DNA from: Blasia pusilla
Taxonomy: Eukaryota
Length of the DNA stretch: 64,000 nucleotides
Direction of reading: 5' to 3'
Assembly (NCBI GenBank): GCA_050084515.1
Contig: CM114271.1
Span: forward strand, 45,818,001 to 45,882,000
Within the stretch, counting starts at the first letter, position 1. The number at the start of each line of letters is the position of its first letter. The notes beneath the pieces were generated by a model, which did not search any database, was not told the DNA's origin, and saw only the letters and a list, made by a program, of their open reading frames with translations. The translations under genes and the position numbers were made by a program. Positions 50,814 to 64,000 of the stretch are shown here, piece after piece.

Positions 50814-53800
50814 ATGGGGACGTTGGGGCGAGCTCTGTACACCGTGGGGTTCTGGGTGCGGGAGACGGGGCAGGCGATAGATCGTCTCGGATCACGTTTG
50901 CAGGGACACTATGCATTCAAGGAGCAATGTGAGTGGCTTCATTCAGGGATTCGTGTTTTGTTTTGGAAGCTTCATTCTATCATGACGGGTGTAGATGGTG
51001 TTTGCGAGGCTTGGAATGTATGTCTACTGTTAGGGATTGCGTGGTCTGGTCTCTGTTTGAATTGGATTGGGACACCACAGATCACTGGTTGCTTGGTGGA
51101 GCTGCTGAATGTTCACCTGTCTTTCCTGTGATGAGCGCTCTACTTAGTCTCGCATTCTGCAAGATCTATTATGTTCTTCCTTGAATCGGGCATTTTCTCA
51201 TTGTCAAGGTGTTACTCCTTCGTTTCTCTCGCTCTCATTTCGCCATCCTTCACATCTTTCGGAGGCGTATCTGTGCACGTGGGCGTAGACGTTCATGAAT
51301 TTCAGGGTTACGAGTACGTCGTGCAGGTTGTGATTCCGACTGCTCCCGGGACTGTAATTCTCCGTGTGAGCAACTCTAGCTGTCTGTAGCTGGACGTTGC
51401 TGAATATATTGATGATTTGAGCGGTCCATGATCAGCTTGCCGAGCCCATTCTTGCCTTTTTCCGTTTTATGAATAGCATCTCTTTATGAGAAGGAGCTCT
51501 ACAAGCGCTTGATTGGGGGAAGGGAGTTTGGGAATTCTTGAAGCCAATTGTGTTGGAGAGCCGAGCAGTTGATTCACCGAAGAAGTCGTCCCATAGAGCA
51601 GTAGGAGTTACCGCTCATGCTGTTCGTGACCCCATATAGAAAACATTTCAAGGTCATGCGTGATTTTTTTTGCGTTCTGGTTTTGAACTGGATTATCCAG
51701 AGGATCTTGTCTTGGTAGCTGGAAGTCATAGAAGCGCGGGACTTTGAGAATAGTGATGACCATGGGATCCCTGGCTGGACTGAACCACAGATTCAAGTAC
51801 TACTGTTCTTGGGTGACGAACTGATACTTAAGATTATCAGATAATCACTATCGCAGAAATGGCCAGAGCGAGTCAGTCTCTCATATGGTCTCCCGAAAAT
51901 TTCCTTGCTGCTGGAATAGTGCCCTTATCTTGGCAGGTCTAGACTTTGAAAGTGCATGAGACACATAGAATGCGGGTACTGTAGATGAGGATGAATGTCC
52001 TCTGGCTTTTCTAATTTTGTGACAGATTAATGAGCGCACATCCTTGCACCTCGTCCTGCATCGTTCGGAAGTCCATTTGCCATTATACTTATCGTGCAGT
52101 AGAGTTCTTATTAGGGTAAGGGCATGTAAACCCTGAAAGCACAACGAACCTAGCTTTCTTCACTATGATATGAAACATAAAAGATGTTCTTTTTGCGTCA
52201 ACAAGTTGCCTTCGGACAACAGAAACTTATGAGAGGGACATCAGGTTATTCCTGAATTTTGTTGTTGGTGAACATATGGCCTCTCTTAGGTAGTTAACAG
52301 ATTGTATGCATTATGTGACCTTAAGCTCTATGACTGTAGAAAGCTCTAAGGACTGGGGCTAGCTGCTAACAATCTTGAGATGGAAATGGTTGTGCAGTGT
52401 CCAGGCACCGAACAGTGATGAATCTGTTTGACAAGAAGCCTGAGATTGCAGACAATGTCTTTGTCGCTCCCAGCGCTGCAGTAATTGGTGATGTTCGGAT
52501 TGGTGAGAAATCATCAATATGGTATGGCTGTGTCCTGAGAGGTAAGAGCAATACTCCTTTTTGTTGGCTGGATGGTCATGAGCTGAGAACGGAGAGTGTT
52601 TAATTCGTACAGATTTTTGGTAGTTCTTGAATGTGCGGACTAGCATAATTGTCTTGGTATTGTTGTTGTGGTCCTTTTCCCAGCGCTCATGGATATAGCC
52701 ATGCAACACAGAACTCACTGAAGTACTGACATGTAGTAAATACCTTCAGTCTTCTGCTGTTGCAGTCAAATCACCACTGGCAGCTTTCCGTTAGGCATGA
52801 TCCCTTGTGTTTTATTGACCTTAAATCAAAAGTAGGTTGTGAGAAATTCAAAGAAAATTACACTTAATTGTGTATCCTCAAGTAACAGTCTAACTGGTTG
52901 TTGCCTTCACCATCACTTGAATATCCGCAACATGGGGTGCAGAACCCTCCAGAGATCTATTGCTTCTGTTAATCTCTTACAAATTGTTCAATTGTCTCAT
53001 AATATCATCAGATCCTGACCGAATGCTCTTACGTATGTGATTTGTCAGCAGCACTTGAATGAGTATATCCTCATGGTTACTCTATTTAGTGGATGTCAAG
53101 GCAGAAACTGCTATCTGCAGTGGACCTGAAGATGCTTCAATGGTTGTTGATTTATTTTTGTTTCCCTTTTTCAGGAGATGTTAACAGCATCAGTGTGGGA
53201 TCTGAAACGAACATTCAGGATAACACACTCGTACATGTGGCCAAAACAAATGTCAGTGGAAACATTGCTCCCACCATCATTGGTGACAAAGTTACTGTTG
53301 GTAAGATCCCTAGTTTATCCTGTCTTCAGCACTGTGATGTTTTGCAAAAATTACTTCAGGTGCAACATTCCTTGTTGGTTTGTAATTATGGGTGTAAGGC
53401 CAGACTAGTGACTGGAATCTTGTACCAGTGGCCAACTTGTAAGGCCAGCTCGAGTGGATGTTACAATGGATGGGATGAAAGGCCAAGGTGTAGGTGCACC
53501 AGCTTCTCATTATTTTTGTGAAGAAATTTCCTGATCCTTGGTGGTAGAAACTTCCTGCATGTTCAGTGTTTCCCGGATATCTGTGTTTTGAACTTTTTTG
53601 TTCTTAGTGGATTGTGTTTTTTGGTGGTGACCAGGTCATAATGCAGTACTACATGCTTGCACTGTCGAGGATGAGGCATTTGTAGGAATGGGTGCAACAC
53701 TTCTAGACGGTGTAGTGGTGGAGAAGGGAGCCATTGTTGCTGCTGGAGCATTGGTCACTCAAAACACCCGGGTGCCTGCTGGACAGGTGGGCCATTCATG

Positions 53801-54907
53801 TTCCCAAGTAGTTCAGATTGTATATGCTTTTTGTTGTGCGATACACTGCACTCTGTATGGTCTTTGTGTTGAAAGAGAACTTAAGAGATAGCAAACATAT
53901 GTAATCTTGAGGCAAGATTAAATGGGGGAGTTCGTTATTGTTCACGCAGTGGTGACTTTTTTGACTTCTTGTTGGAAGTGCAAGTTGTGTTGATAAATGT
54001 GAAGCTCAGCTGCTTGTGACGAAATATTACCTCACCATATAGAAGCTCCCCTTCAGTATGGAGCCCAAAATTCTGCACGGTCCTATCGGCACTTGATTTT
54101 TCCTTCCTAGTTGTTTTTAAAAGTGAGGGTATGTCTATCCATGAGAACCCAATGTCAACTAAGCACTGGATGTGCTGATGACTTCCTGTGCACTGGGATG
54201 TTACTCTAATCTTAAAGGTGTGAAGACGTTTGTGGAATTAGGTGACCAGCCTTAGTGAATGAACAGCAATTTATCAAGAGCAATAAATTTTCAATGTCTA
54301 GTGAAGGACACATCCTAAATCTAAGGACAGTCTGAACTTGGTGAATGCTCATTTGAATCAAATTCTTTGTCCCAACAAATTCAGCTAGGGTCTTGGGGCA
54401 TTAGTCACGATAGTTCTGACTTCAGTTCCAAGAGCCTAGCTGAAAGTTTCCTTCAATCTTGATTCCATTCCTAACTCGTTCCTTTTGTGTAGTAAACATT
54501 TTGGTCATTCTAGTTCCTTTCCTGCCTCATGCATGTTATGTCCATATCATTGATGACAAAAAGTATGTTTTGTAGACATTTTGCAAATGAATATTGTATA
54601 GATTAATGCTCATGGGAATTTGTTTTGTCTTGGTCAGATCTGGGCTGGAAATCCTGCAAAATTTTTGAGGAATCTTTCGGGTGAGGAGCGGTCTTTTATT
54701 GGAAAGTCAGCAGATAATTATGCCGGCTTGGGAGCTACTCATGCTCTGGAGAATGCGAAAACCTTCGAACAGATTGAAGGAGACAAGGAGCGCCGAAAGA
54801 AAGTCTCACAGCAAAGTGATGACTACGATTCCCATCTTGGTATTGTACGAGAAAAGCACCCTGACTTGGCTTTCCCAGATAAGTTTGGCTCGAGGGGCCC
54901 TCAGTGA
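50814..54907 (+). CDS. GAMMACA: Mitochondrial gamma carbonic anhydrase (complex I CA subunit), 5 exons: 50814-50928, 52398-52541, 53175-53300, 53635-53786, 54638-54907; 268 aa
   Basis: MGTLGRALYTVGFWVRETGQAIDRLG, hexapeptide repeats, IWYGCVLRGDVN, IQDN, three His ligands (LVHVAK, GHNAVLH), WAGNPAKFLR; GT-AG introns in phase. Confidence 0.96.
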
Positions 54908-56489
54908 TTCTCTGAATCCCAACTTTGGGAGATGTGGTCAGGTATCATTATTGAAGTATGTGCCGTTGTCCTTTGTAATAATCTGATCTTTATTCTGGGT
55001 GTGGTTAATTCAATTCATCCATATCCTTCTTACAAGAAAGTGAAGATGGCTCTGCCTTGAGTTTTGAGAAAAGAATGACTGAAGTCTCTACTGTTCAAGG
55101 AGAGAACCCTCAATGTTTCAAAAGATTGCTGGAACTTGCTGGGGATTGTTCTGACTCTCGGTTTTCAATCCTGAGAGAGGGAGCCCTGCCACTGCTGTGA
55201 CCGGGAAACAATTCTAGGCTAACAGAAATTGGATTGGTTTTCTTCTTTCCTCTCTTGGCTTTTTGGGGTCAGAAAGGTTTTTGGAGATACTATGTGGAGA
55301 TGTCACTCTACTACAATTTTATGTGAAGTTGAGTTGTAATAAGAATGTGGAAAACCAAGTAGGGTTCAGATGGCAAGAGTGAGTCTTCATTCCTCAGTAA
55401 TGAGAGAATGGAGAAGCTAAAAATATTGAACAGTGACATTTGGTGCTTCATCTGAAGCAGCACCCATCAAAAGTACCAGGTTCAGAAGTTGAGGTTTCTC
55501 CCACAATTGCACAAAAGGCTCTGTCGATGGGGACCTGACTTATCGAATGTCGTTGTTTTTGTCTTGTCAAGGCTGTGCATTTCTTGGTGTATGGACAGCT
55601 TGCTTGCTTGTACACACTTTTGCTTACATTTTCTTCCTGCCCATTGTTGTTGAGTGTCTTCATATTTCCTTTGTGAGAATCAACCTTTCGCGGGCGTGGA
55701 AATCACTTACTCAGTATCTCACTCTAGCACATTTATGCATGGGTGAATTGTCTTGTATGGTCATGCAAACCTTCGAGCACATTGTGCAAATCGAACTAAT
55801 GAAATTTATGGCTGAAAAAATTGTGCCTATGGTTTTTTGTGGAGGACTAGTATTTTGCTTTCAAGTGGGAGTCCAAAAATCTACTCAGCTAGAAATTTCT
55901 CTTAAGTTGGAATCCGAGTCGACTTGTCAAATGTAGAAGTGATGGTGCACCACCTTCAGCTTATTAGATTAAATGACATGAAATTTACAGATCAACGATG
56001 GCCAGGAAGTAAATACTAGAACTCCCTATTAAGTATGGATTTGCCATCCTCTCCTCTTCAGACAGAAGCTCCCAATTAGGATATCAACTTGCATTTAGAG
56101 GGCCATGTTCCTTGTAGCTTAGATCGTTATTGACTTATGTGGGTTGAGAATGGAAAGAACGCCTGCAGGTCAGAATTCTGCAACCATTCACTGTCCATTT
56201 GTAGTGTTGGATAACATTGGTATTAGTTTCTTGGAGGTCTGCTTGCTTAGAAGTGAATCCTCAATAGAAAGCGGGTAATGGAAAACCCCTGAAGTGTACA
56301 AAAGACTGGGATTCAAATAGTCAAACACATGACGTTATGATTTGAGGAAAAGATAAGGGGCCCCCTTTCATAGTGATCCATAAACTTACCAAATTATGAC
56401 TATCATGAATTGTGTTTCTAGTGATAGCCTGAGCTCGCCCCCAAAATTCTGCAAAGTTATGGAGACCTGGCTCCTTAGAGTGCTCCTTT

Positions 56490-57667
56490 GGGGAGTTAGA
56501 TTGTATACATGCTTTCTTGGCTGATTGCCTTTGGCGGAGTAAGTCGTATATCGAATGAGTCAGTGGTATCCTCGGCTTGTTTAGGGAGTTTGGCTACTCT
56601 AGCACCTTTCTTTGCTCCCGATTTTTGGTTAGGGATAGACCGTTCCTTTTACAATATGTTTTCCATGTTGAGAATGGCCTTTTTCCACTTCAATCTTCAT
56701 TCACAGCTTATAGAGATTCCCTTCTAGTTGAAGCCAGAACCGTTCTTCCCACTTTCTCCTCCTTAGTTACCTCCGGGCAATCTAGGTTCCAATCTTCTTT
56801 GATGGAAGCCCATTTTGAGGCAATGTTCAAAGATACTATGTGGGATGGGAATATCCCCACGGAGGTTCTGGCCTGTATTCACTCTTGCTCCGGAAAGGAG
56901 CCATACCCATGGGTGGGGGCTCGCCCCCTCATCCCAACTTTCCGCAACTACAGCGATCCAAATCTGACTCGGCCTCCCCCAACCATTGGTGGTTGGTTTG
57001 ACACATTGCGAGTCTCGTCGGAGTTTGGATCCACTTGGCGTGCATTTGGCACACGTTGTACAGTTGGGGGTGAGAGGATAGTCACTCATGATGCAATGCG
57101 AGATATCATGTTGAGTGTTGCTCGTGAGAGTGGCTTCCATGTGCAGAGAGAGAGGCACTACTCCATGCAGGATTCCCTTATCCGAGCTTATCTTTACATG
57201 ACGTGGGAGTGTGAGGTGGTGGTGGCGGATGTTGTAGTGATGGATCCTATGCGGGAGGCGGTGCGAGCCCAAGTGGTTGCACAAGGGAGATTGCTACAAG
57301 GAGCTATGGCGGCGGTAAAGAATACCCACATTTATAGTCGATTTCATGATGGACATCGATCTGCCCCCCCTAGCCATTGAGATGTACGGGGCTATGGGGG
57401 AGAGGTTTGTCTCGTTCCTTGCGGATTGCGTCCATCATTTCCAGTCGAGAAATGGGTTGTCCTTAGCAACTGCGATTCTTTATTGGAGCTAGGCAACAGG
57501 TCTCCATAGCTTTGCAACATGCCTCGACAAACGGGCTTTTGGGGCGGGCTCAGACGTAGTGGATGGAGACACCAATGGTAGAAGCCCTTCTTTGATTTCA
57601 AAGCCGGACTTGGCATAGGGGTTTTTGGCTTTCTATGCCGCCTCTTTTGTATGGGGGGTATAAAAAA
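56490..57667 (+). mobile_element. 5'-truncated non-LTR retrotransposon remnant with restriction-like endonuclease (CRE-like)
   Basis: RT-thumb-like IAFGG...ACLGS; C..GGER..HDAMRD knuckle remnant; VVADVVV, K...Y, PLAIE.YG endonuclease pattern; short A-tract at ~57662. Confidence 0.6.
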
Positions 57668-58986
57668 CGTTCGGTAAAAACGTTTATCTTTCCATGTGGC
57701 GCTGGATCGTCCCGTGGTGTTTGGTTACAGATTTCTTAAGGTCTGGCCGTAGTCGAGATTGCAAGCAGTTTGTGACGCCGAGGTTTGGAAGGAGGGAAGC
57801 AGGTGATGAGATGATCGAGGCGGCTTCCAACGGTTCGTGAGGGAGGTGTTTTCACCATAGAGTGATTCCATGGGAGTGGCGTTTCCGAAAACGATTGTGG
57901 AGTTCTCGTAAATGGAGGTTCCTGACGTTGCGGTGGAGTTGGAATTCCAATCTGGAGACCTGAACCACTGGTTGCAGAGCAGAAACTTCTGAGAAGTTCT
58001 TACGTACAAGTAGAATCCGTCACTCAGGGGTCTGCTCTCCAGTAGCAGATTAGGGGGATGCAAAACTTATGGAGAGTGGTCTAGATTTGCTAACTCATGG
58101 CAGTAAGAAAATATTTCTCCTCCTACCGGTAAATTGTGTGCAGAATGAAATTTGTTTTGGATTACTGTGGTGTATGGTTATCCGTTCCTCACGGTGCATT
58201 CTCATACCACGCGCCGTTTTCGTTATTCCACCAGAAGTAGCAGTAAACTCAGTCGTGCAAAAGATGCTCCCCATGAAAGTCCACGTCTACTCCTGATCAA
58301 ACAATAGGTCATGAATTCCGAGATCATTATCGGCTGATAAGCAGTGAGCCCGCAGAAGACTGCCTCTCGTCAACTCGCTCTGGATCGTAACACTCGACTT
58401 ACACTGATCAGTGCACCCACTCACACTGCTCTGCTCTGCTCTGCTGTGCTCTGCTGTTCAGTGCTGCGCTCCACGCTCAGCAGCACCACAGCGAATCCAA
58501 TCACCACCGCACCGTCCGCTTTGACCTTCGCTAATAACAAACCTCCCGGCACCAAACGGTAGACCCGAGCGACTGCATCCTCTTCTCAGACTCGCGCTAT
58601 GAACACACTTCCAGCAATCCGTCACGCCTGCTTTTGAACAAACCAGATTATCGACAATGAAGACGAAAACTTCTCGTTCGAAAATACCTTTCCTTGCCCC
58701 CGATTGCACCGGCCCCGAAAGTTTTGCTCATGACATTTTCTCACCGAGAACTCTCTCCTCAGCGTCCGTTTTCGCGCGCACGTCCTCCTCCGCACGAGAT
58801 ACTACGAGCGGTAGGTCCACGAGATTGATATGTCGGTCTTATCGGGGGAGCGGTGGCCACATGACACCGACAACATCGTGGATATGCCGCACTCATCGAA
58901 AATTCGAGGAGTGACACAAGTGCTCCATCTCCTGGTGCCACTTACCATCGCGGCGCGTGGACGGGAATTTGGGCTTCAACCGGAAA

Positions 58987-61900
58987 CTAGTAAGATGTGC
59001 ATTAATTAAATGAATCCGAATATTCTATTTCCATAAGGATTTCCATAAGTGTATAAATTATTTTTTTTATGGAAATAAAGAATCCAAAGGAAATTAATTA
59101 TGTCGAATACAAAATCTTTTGTAGTGTCCTTAAAAGAGAGAAATATTTTCTTGATGTCATGTGTAGGGCGGACAACGAAGTGTTTGCAAATAAAAAAGGC
59201 ATCCTCCAATAATATAACAAAATTTCTTTATATATTATATTTAGAGCGTAGTGACCTTTATTTGAATGTTCCTCGTTTCCAATTGTAATATGGATGGTAT
59301 TTTTCTTTCCTACCCTAGACAATGCTATATATAATTGGTCAAGAGAGAAAATTGGAGTAGGCAAGTAAATTCCAACGGTTTGTAGAGTTTGACCTTGAGA
59401 CTTATTAATAGTCATAGCGAAAGTTGGACGAAAGGGAATAGGGAATTGAAATCTACACATATCAAATGGCAAACCAGAGTCAGGTGCAATCAATAGGATA
59501 CATGGAATAAAAACTCGATCTCCAATATTCTTCCCTGTGATGATTTCAGCGTCGTTGCAATGTTGCATGAATCCAAGAATCACAAATCTAGTCCCGTTCG
59601 CTTGTCCTTGTGATCCATTCATGTTTCGTAAAAGTATGATTGGTGCACCAATCTTCAAACACAAACAATGTGGAGGTATTCCATATCTTTTGTGATAATC
59701 ATGAATTCAAAAATTATGTGGGATATGTATATATAAGTCGTCCCCTCGTTTGGAATAGAGTCAACATTGAGAGAGAGATATGCTCCTATAAAAAATAAAA
59801 GAGTATGTTATGAGAAGAATGGTAAGAATACTTTATTAAATAATTAATGAAATCAAATGGAAATAAGAAAGGATAAGTGCAAAATAACTATTATCTTTCT
59901 AGGAAATCAAGGCATGACATCTGCATTTATATCGTCAACATCTTTGTTTCTTGATATGAGAATAGTTGTATCTCTTAAGAAATCAATATTATGGAATTAC
60001 CTATATGTAATTATGGCGTGAACAAGAAATTTGAGTCCTACAATATGCAAACAAGCGCACCGTGCGGACAGAAGTAAAAAAATCCGCTATGGAATGCACT
60101 TTGGAAATATATATGTGCCCGTACGATGTGTAATACCTATAATGTAGATAATCATTTTAAGAAAAAATTGGTAAGGTGCCTAATAAATATATAGTTTGTC
60201 AATTGTATGATCAATTGAATGTTTTATGTTGAATCTTCAATCTTTTAATTGGAGATTTATACAATATATAATCTATTTTTGCGTATAGTCATTTTCTTGA
60301 TTGGAGTTTTCATCGTCTTCGATCTTGTTACTTTTTACAATTGACCGTGAGAGAATACGACAATAAGCAAATAAATCCCAATCTTTTGCAGAGTTTGACC
60401 TTGCAATTTATTAATAATCATAGTAAAAGTTGGACAAATAGGAAATTGAAACTTACATAAAGCAAATGAAAAATCGATGCGATCAATAAGATACGTGGAA
60501 TAAAAACGTGATTCCAAATATTCTTCCATGTGATGATTTTAATGCAATGTTGTATGAATCAACCAATCAACAATCTAGTTCCGTTTGAATGTTCGTGTGA
60601 CCCATTCATGTTTTTGAAAAGCATGATTGCTAATATTCAAATATATACTATAATGGGAGAGTGCCTTTTTTATTTGCAAACAACTCTCTTTTTGACACTT
60701 GGCAACTAGGCGGTAAGAAAATATTTCACATGCTATAGGCAGCAAGAAAAAAATTTGAATTTTTGTGTATCATCATTAGTCCCTTCCCTTCACGGGCTAC
60801 ACACTAGAAAAACTCAACAGACATTTTTGTCTTTCTCGGGCACCTTACTAGTACAAATGATGTGGAGGTAGTCTAGCAAGCAAGCATGTGTTTAGAAATT
60901 CAGTATGATACATATGATTCATCCCCTCATTTGGAATAGAATTGACGCTAGGAAAAATATGTTCGTGCATGCAAATGTATGTAAAGTAGTGAGAACAAGC
61001 AATATTTGATTAGTATTCAAAATCTCATAAAAGAAGACTCTTAAAAAAATTATACAAAGTATAGATTTCCAAGAAATCAAGATATGATGTCTGCATTTAT
61101 ATCGTCAACATCGGTGTTTCTCGATGTCAAAATGGCCGTATCTCTCAAGAAGTTAATGTCATGGAATTAGCTAAGAAAATGTCCATAGATAAGGCGAATA
61201 AGGTTGCATATCTTATTACTATTGATAATCATTTCAAATGGAAATTGGATAAAGTCTTCACCTAAATGAGGGTGCAAAGGTACATGACCCTCTCCCACCT
61301 CCAATAATCAATCCGCAAAAGCTTGTTGTTCAACACACATATTACCTTCCAACCTTTGAACTTGCATATTTTTTGTTAACTTCGACATTTTTACGAAATA
61401 CTATAGAGATGACATGTGGATAGTGGTTTGGATGATTTGTGGATGATCCCCATGACAAACAATCGGTAAGACTTGACGAAAGTCACCATCAAATATCATG
61501 AGTTTTTCGCCAAATGATAATTATCGTAAAAAGCAGAGACCACTCCCATAATATCTTGCAAAGTGAGATTCACTACCTCAAATGCATGACGTTGAGTGAT
61601 AAGAGCTTCATCCCATATAATTAGCTTTGAAGCACAAATTACGTGCACCTCAACAATATTGACCGTTAAACTACAAATGGAAGGAAACAAGTATTTAGAG
61701 AAGGAAATGGTTTATTCAAAGAAATGAAATAGTATGTATTTAGAGAATTTGATATAAAATGTAAAAAAATACTTATGTGCAAGTAGAGCTCTCATGAAGA
61801 TTAATGGAAATCTTGAAGCAGGAATGTGTTGTACATCCTCCATCCAACAATAGAGCAACTATTCCAAATAAGGCCACAACCAAAGCTATACCACTTGCAC

Positions 61901-64000
61901 TTTACACAATTGCAAGTATAAGATCGTACAAAAAGGTCTTTCCTGTTCCATCTGGACAATCAATAAAGAATAATTTTGGAGATCATGGAGCATTCCAAAA
62001 AAATTTGATCAAGCTCATCATGTATGGCATCCCAAATAACATATTGTCCTTCATTCAAACACACTTCTCCTAATTATAGTCACTCACATAAGTCCTTGAT
62101 ATCATAACATGACTCTTGTTCCTCTAAATATGAATATGCATGAAGGCTTTGGAAGTTAGTTTGGGACATATCTGGAAAAAAAAATTCTCTTTCTTTAATC
62201 TTGTAAATAATAATGCACTTCCAATAATGCATTACTAATGATAGCATCATGAGCAATAAGATTAGAAATTCCTATTGTTTGCAAAAAAAAAGGTCAAAAA
62301 TATTGAAATCAATGTTAAATTTTTGTCAATTGAAAAGAGCATAGTATAAGAAAGAATAAATAATGTAAAAAGTGGTGCAAATGAGCGCTCTTGACTTCGC
62401 TCATATAAGAGATCTTCTAGGAGTGGAATCAAAAATTGATTCCATAACGTACCTAGTTGAGCAGATGTGTTGTAAGCTAAAATAATATCAAATAGACGAA
62501 GAAGAGAAGAACCCATACAAATCGCACAAGTTTCTTCAAAGTAGGAGAACAATTCCCTATCATCCTCAAGAAGTATCATTTGGATAGTAGCCTCCTTAAA
62601 TGTGGGATGTAATACTCCATTCATAATTCTCAAGAATTCAAATGTAGTAGCTCCTCAAACCTATAAGAGGAGTAATCTCAAACAATGAAATTCTCCTTCA
62701 CTTATGAAAAATAGGAATAAATTAGTTCATCCCAATCTAGAATACTTCCATACTTTAGAATATGGCATCTAAAAGTAGAACCCAATTTATATAAAATTAA
62801 CTAAATTAAGTGAAGAGTATTTACCTTGATGAGTCAGGTATAAGAGACTAATGGGATGGCTATAACCATTTTGTTTTTGGAACCTACGAATCCAAGTCTT
62901 CTTACTTCAATGATAGTGTGAAGGAAAATCAATGTATGGATATTGTCGAGCATTGGAGTCAAATAGATTAGTTGATAACCATTGTGTTAGAGTCGTCTCT
63001 CTATTTTTTTTAGAACATTCTGAGGAGCATGGACATCATGGAAATAAATTATTTGTTGGTTTGGAAGATGGACAGCCAATTGCACAATACTTGGATGTTT
63101 TGCATGTAGATTGAACTTGAAAAGTTGCCAACATACCTCTGAAGAAGATATACATTTGGGAAAATAAGTAATAGTACTAAAATACAATAAGTAACTTGCA
63201 TTTTGGGGAAAATAGTAAAGTAAGAGAGAATAGAGTTATTAAGAGCATACCTCGGATCAAGATATGATATTGTCTCATTACTAATGCTTGTTGGTCTTGA
63301 TATATTCATATCTTTTGAAAACTTAAATGAATCTGCATCAGATCCCTTACATACATATTTATATAAGTATTTGATATTTGAAACAGTTCTTGTAATCTCT
63401 AGATTAATGTGAGAATTGAAGAGGGTGCACAACAAAGGATTATAGGGCACCATCCAACGATTATCCAATGAATGTTCGTGCTTCATTACTACCCTCTCAT
63501 TCTCCCTCCTACAAAAATGCAATAATGAATGAGGAATAGGTCATTTCATATGGTCCTACTTGAAGTAAACGTAAGTCATAGATAGAATGAATAGTATCTA
63601 CGATAGATTGAATAATTGTCTTCCATCTCTATAGTGCTCGTTGCAAAAGCTTTCGGATACACTTTTGTACAATTTTTAGTGTTCTTCTTATCCACACATG
63701 CTGCACCTGAATTTTACGGTCCACATGGACTGTGAATCATGCAATTAACAACTGTAAATGAAGTCTTGAATGGCTAGTTTGATTCAAAATTTCCGCGGAA
63801 ATTATATGGTCATAATTAGAAGAGATATGTGGCTTGTCTTCACGACCTAGCTAAAATAATAAGAACATGCACATGCGGTAGACCCCTCTTTTGGATTTTC
63901 ATCAGTTGAAAGCATCCTATAACTTGACCCAATATGTGCTTGTTGAAGATAAGTCGCAATAACTCCTTCCTCTTAAATACTCACATAACCAAATCTAGTC
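58987..64000 (-). mobile_element. Decayed Helitron Rep/PIF1-helicase, running off the window edge, with a duplicated 3' part
   Basis: HUH motif QKRGLPHVH (~63865-63895), MIHSPCG, DNRWMVPYNP, IKYLYKYVCKG, Walker A DGTGKTFLY (~61940), IIWDEA, GDFRQVLP, QFPI..TFAMTINKSQGQTL; CTAG at 58987-58990. Confidence 0.9.

Noticed and set aside
57700-58980. CpG-rich stretch with several short ORFs
   Set aside because: No identifiable protein motif or consistent exon structure.

Overview
Eukaryotic nuclear DNA from a land plant, probably a bryophyte or other non-seed lineage (inferred from gene and transposon content). Three intact, spliced housekeeping genes are present: eIF4E (5920-8709), sterol 4-alpha-methyl oxidase SMO1 (34437-37570) and a mitochondrial gamma carbonic anhydrase (50814-54907). 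They sit among decayed transposons: a full-length Copia with TSD, a P-element-like DDE transposase next to an EDM2-like PHD cassette, a truncated H+-ATPase pseudogene, a CRE-like non-LTR remnant, an ordinary Gypsy fragment and a Helitron. The main result is a Ty3/Gypsy family present twice (21224-30783 +, complete; 39417-45310 -, 5'-truncated). It carries a DNMT3-like C5 cytosine methyltransferase between protease and RT and has a PHD finger after a DDE integrase. Instead of two LTRs it has split direct repeats (A...B-A-B) with an internal att-like junction GCACGACA-NC-TGYCAYGA. The complete copy also appears to self-prime through a 13-nt PBS complementary to its own predicted RNA 5' end. All calls come from manual reading; no database searches were run.
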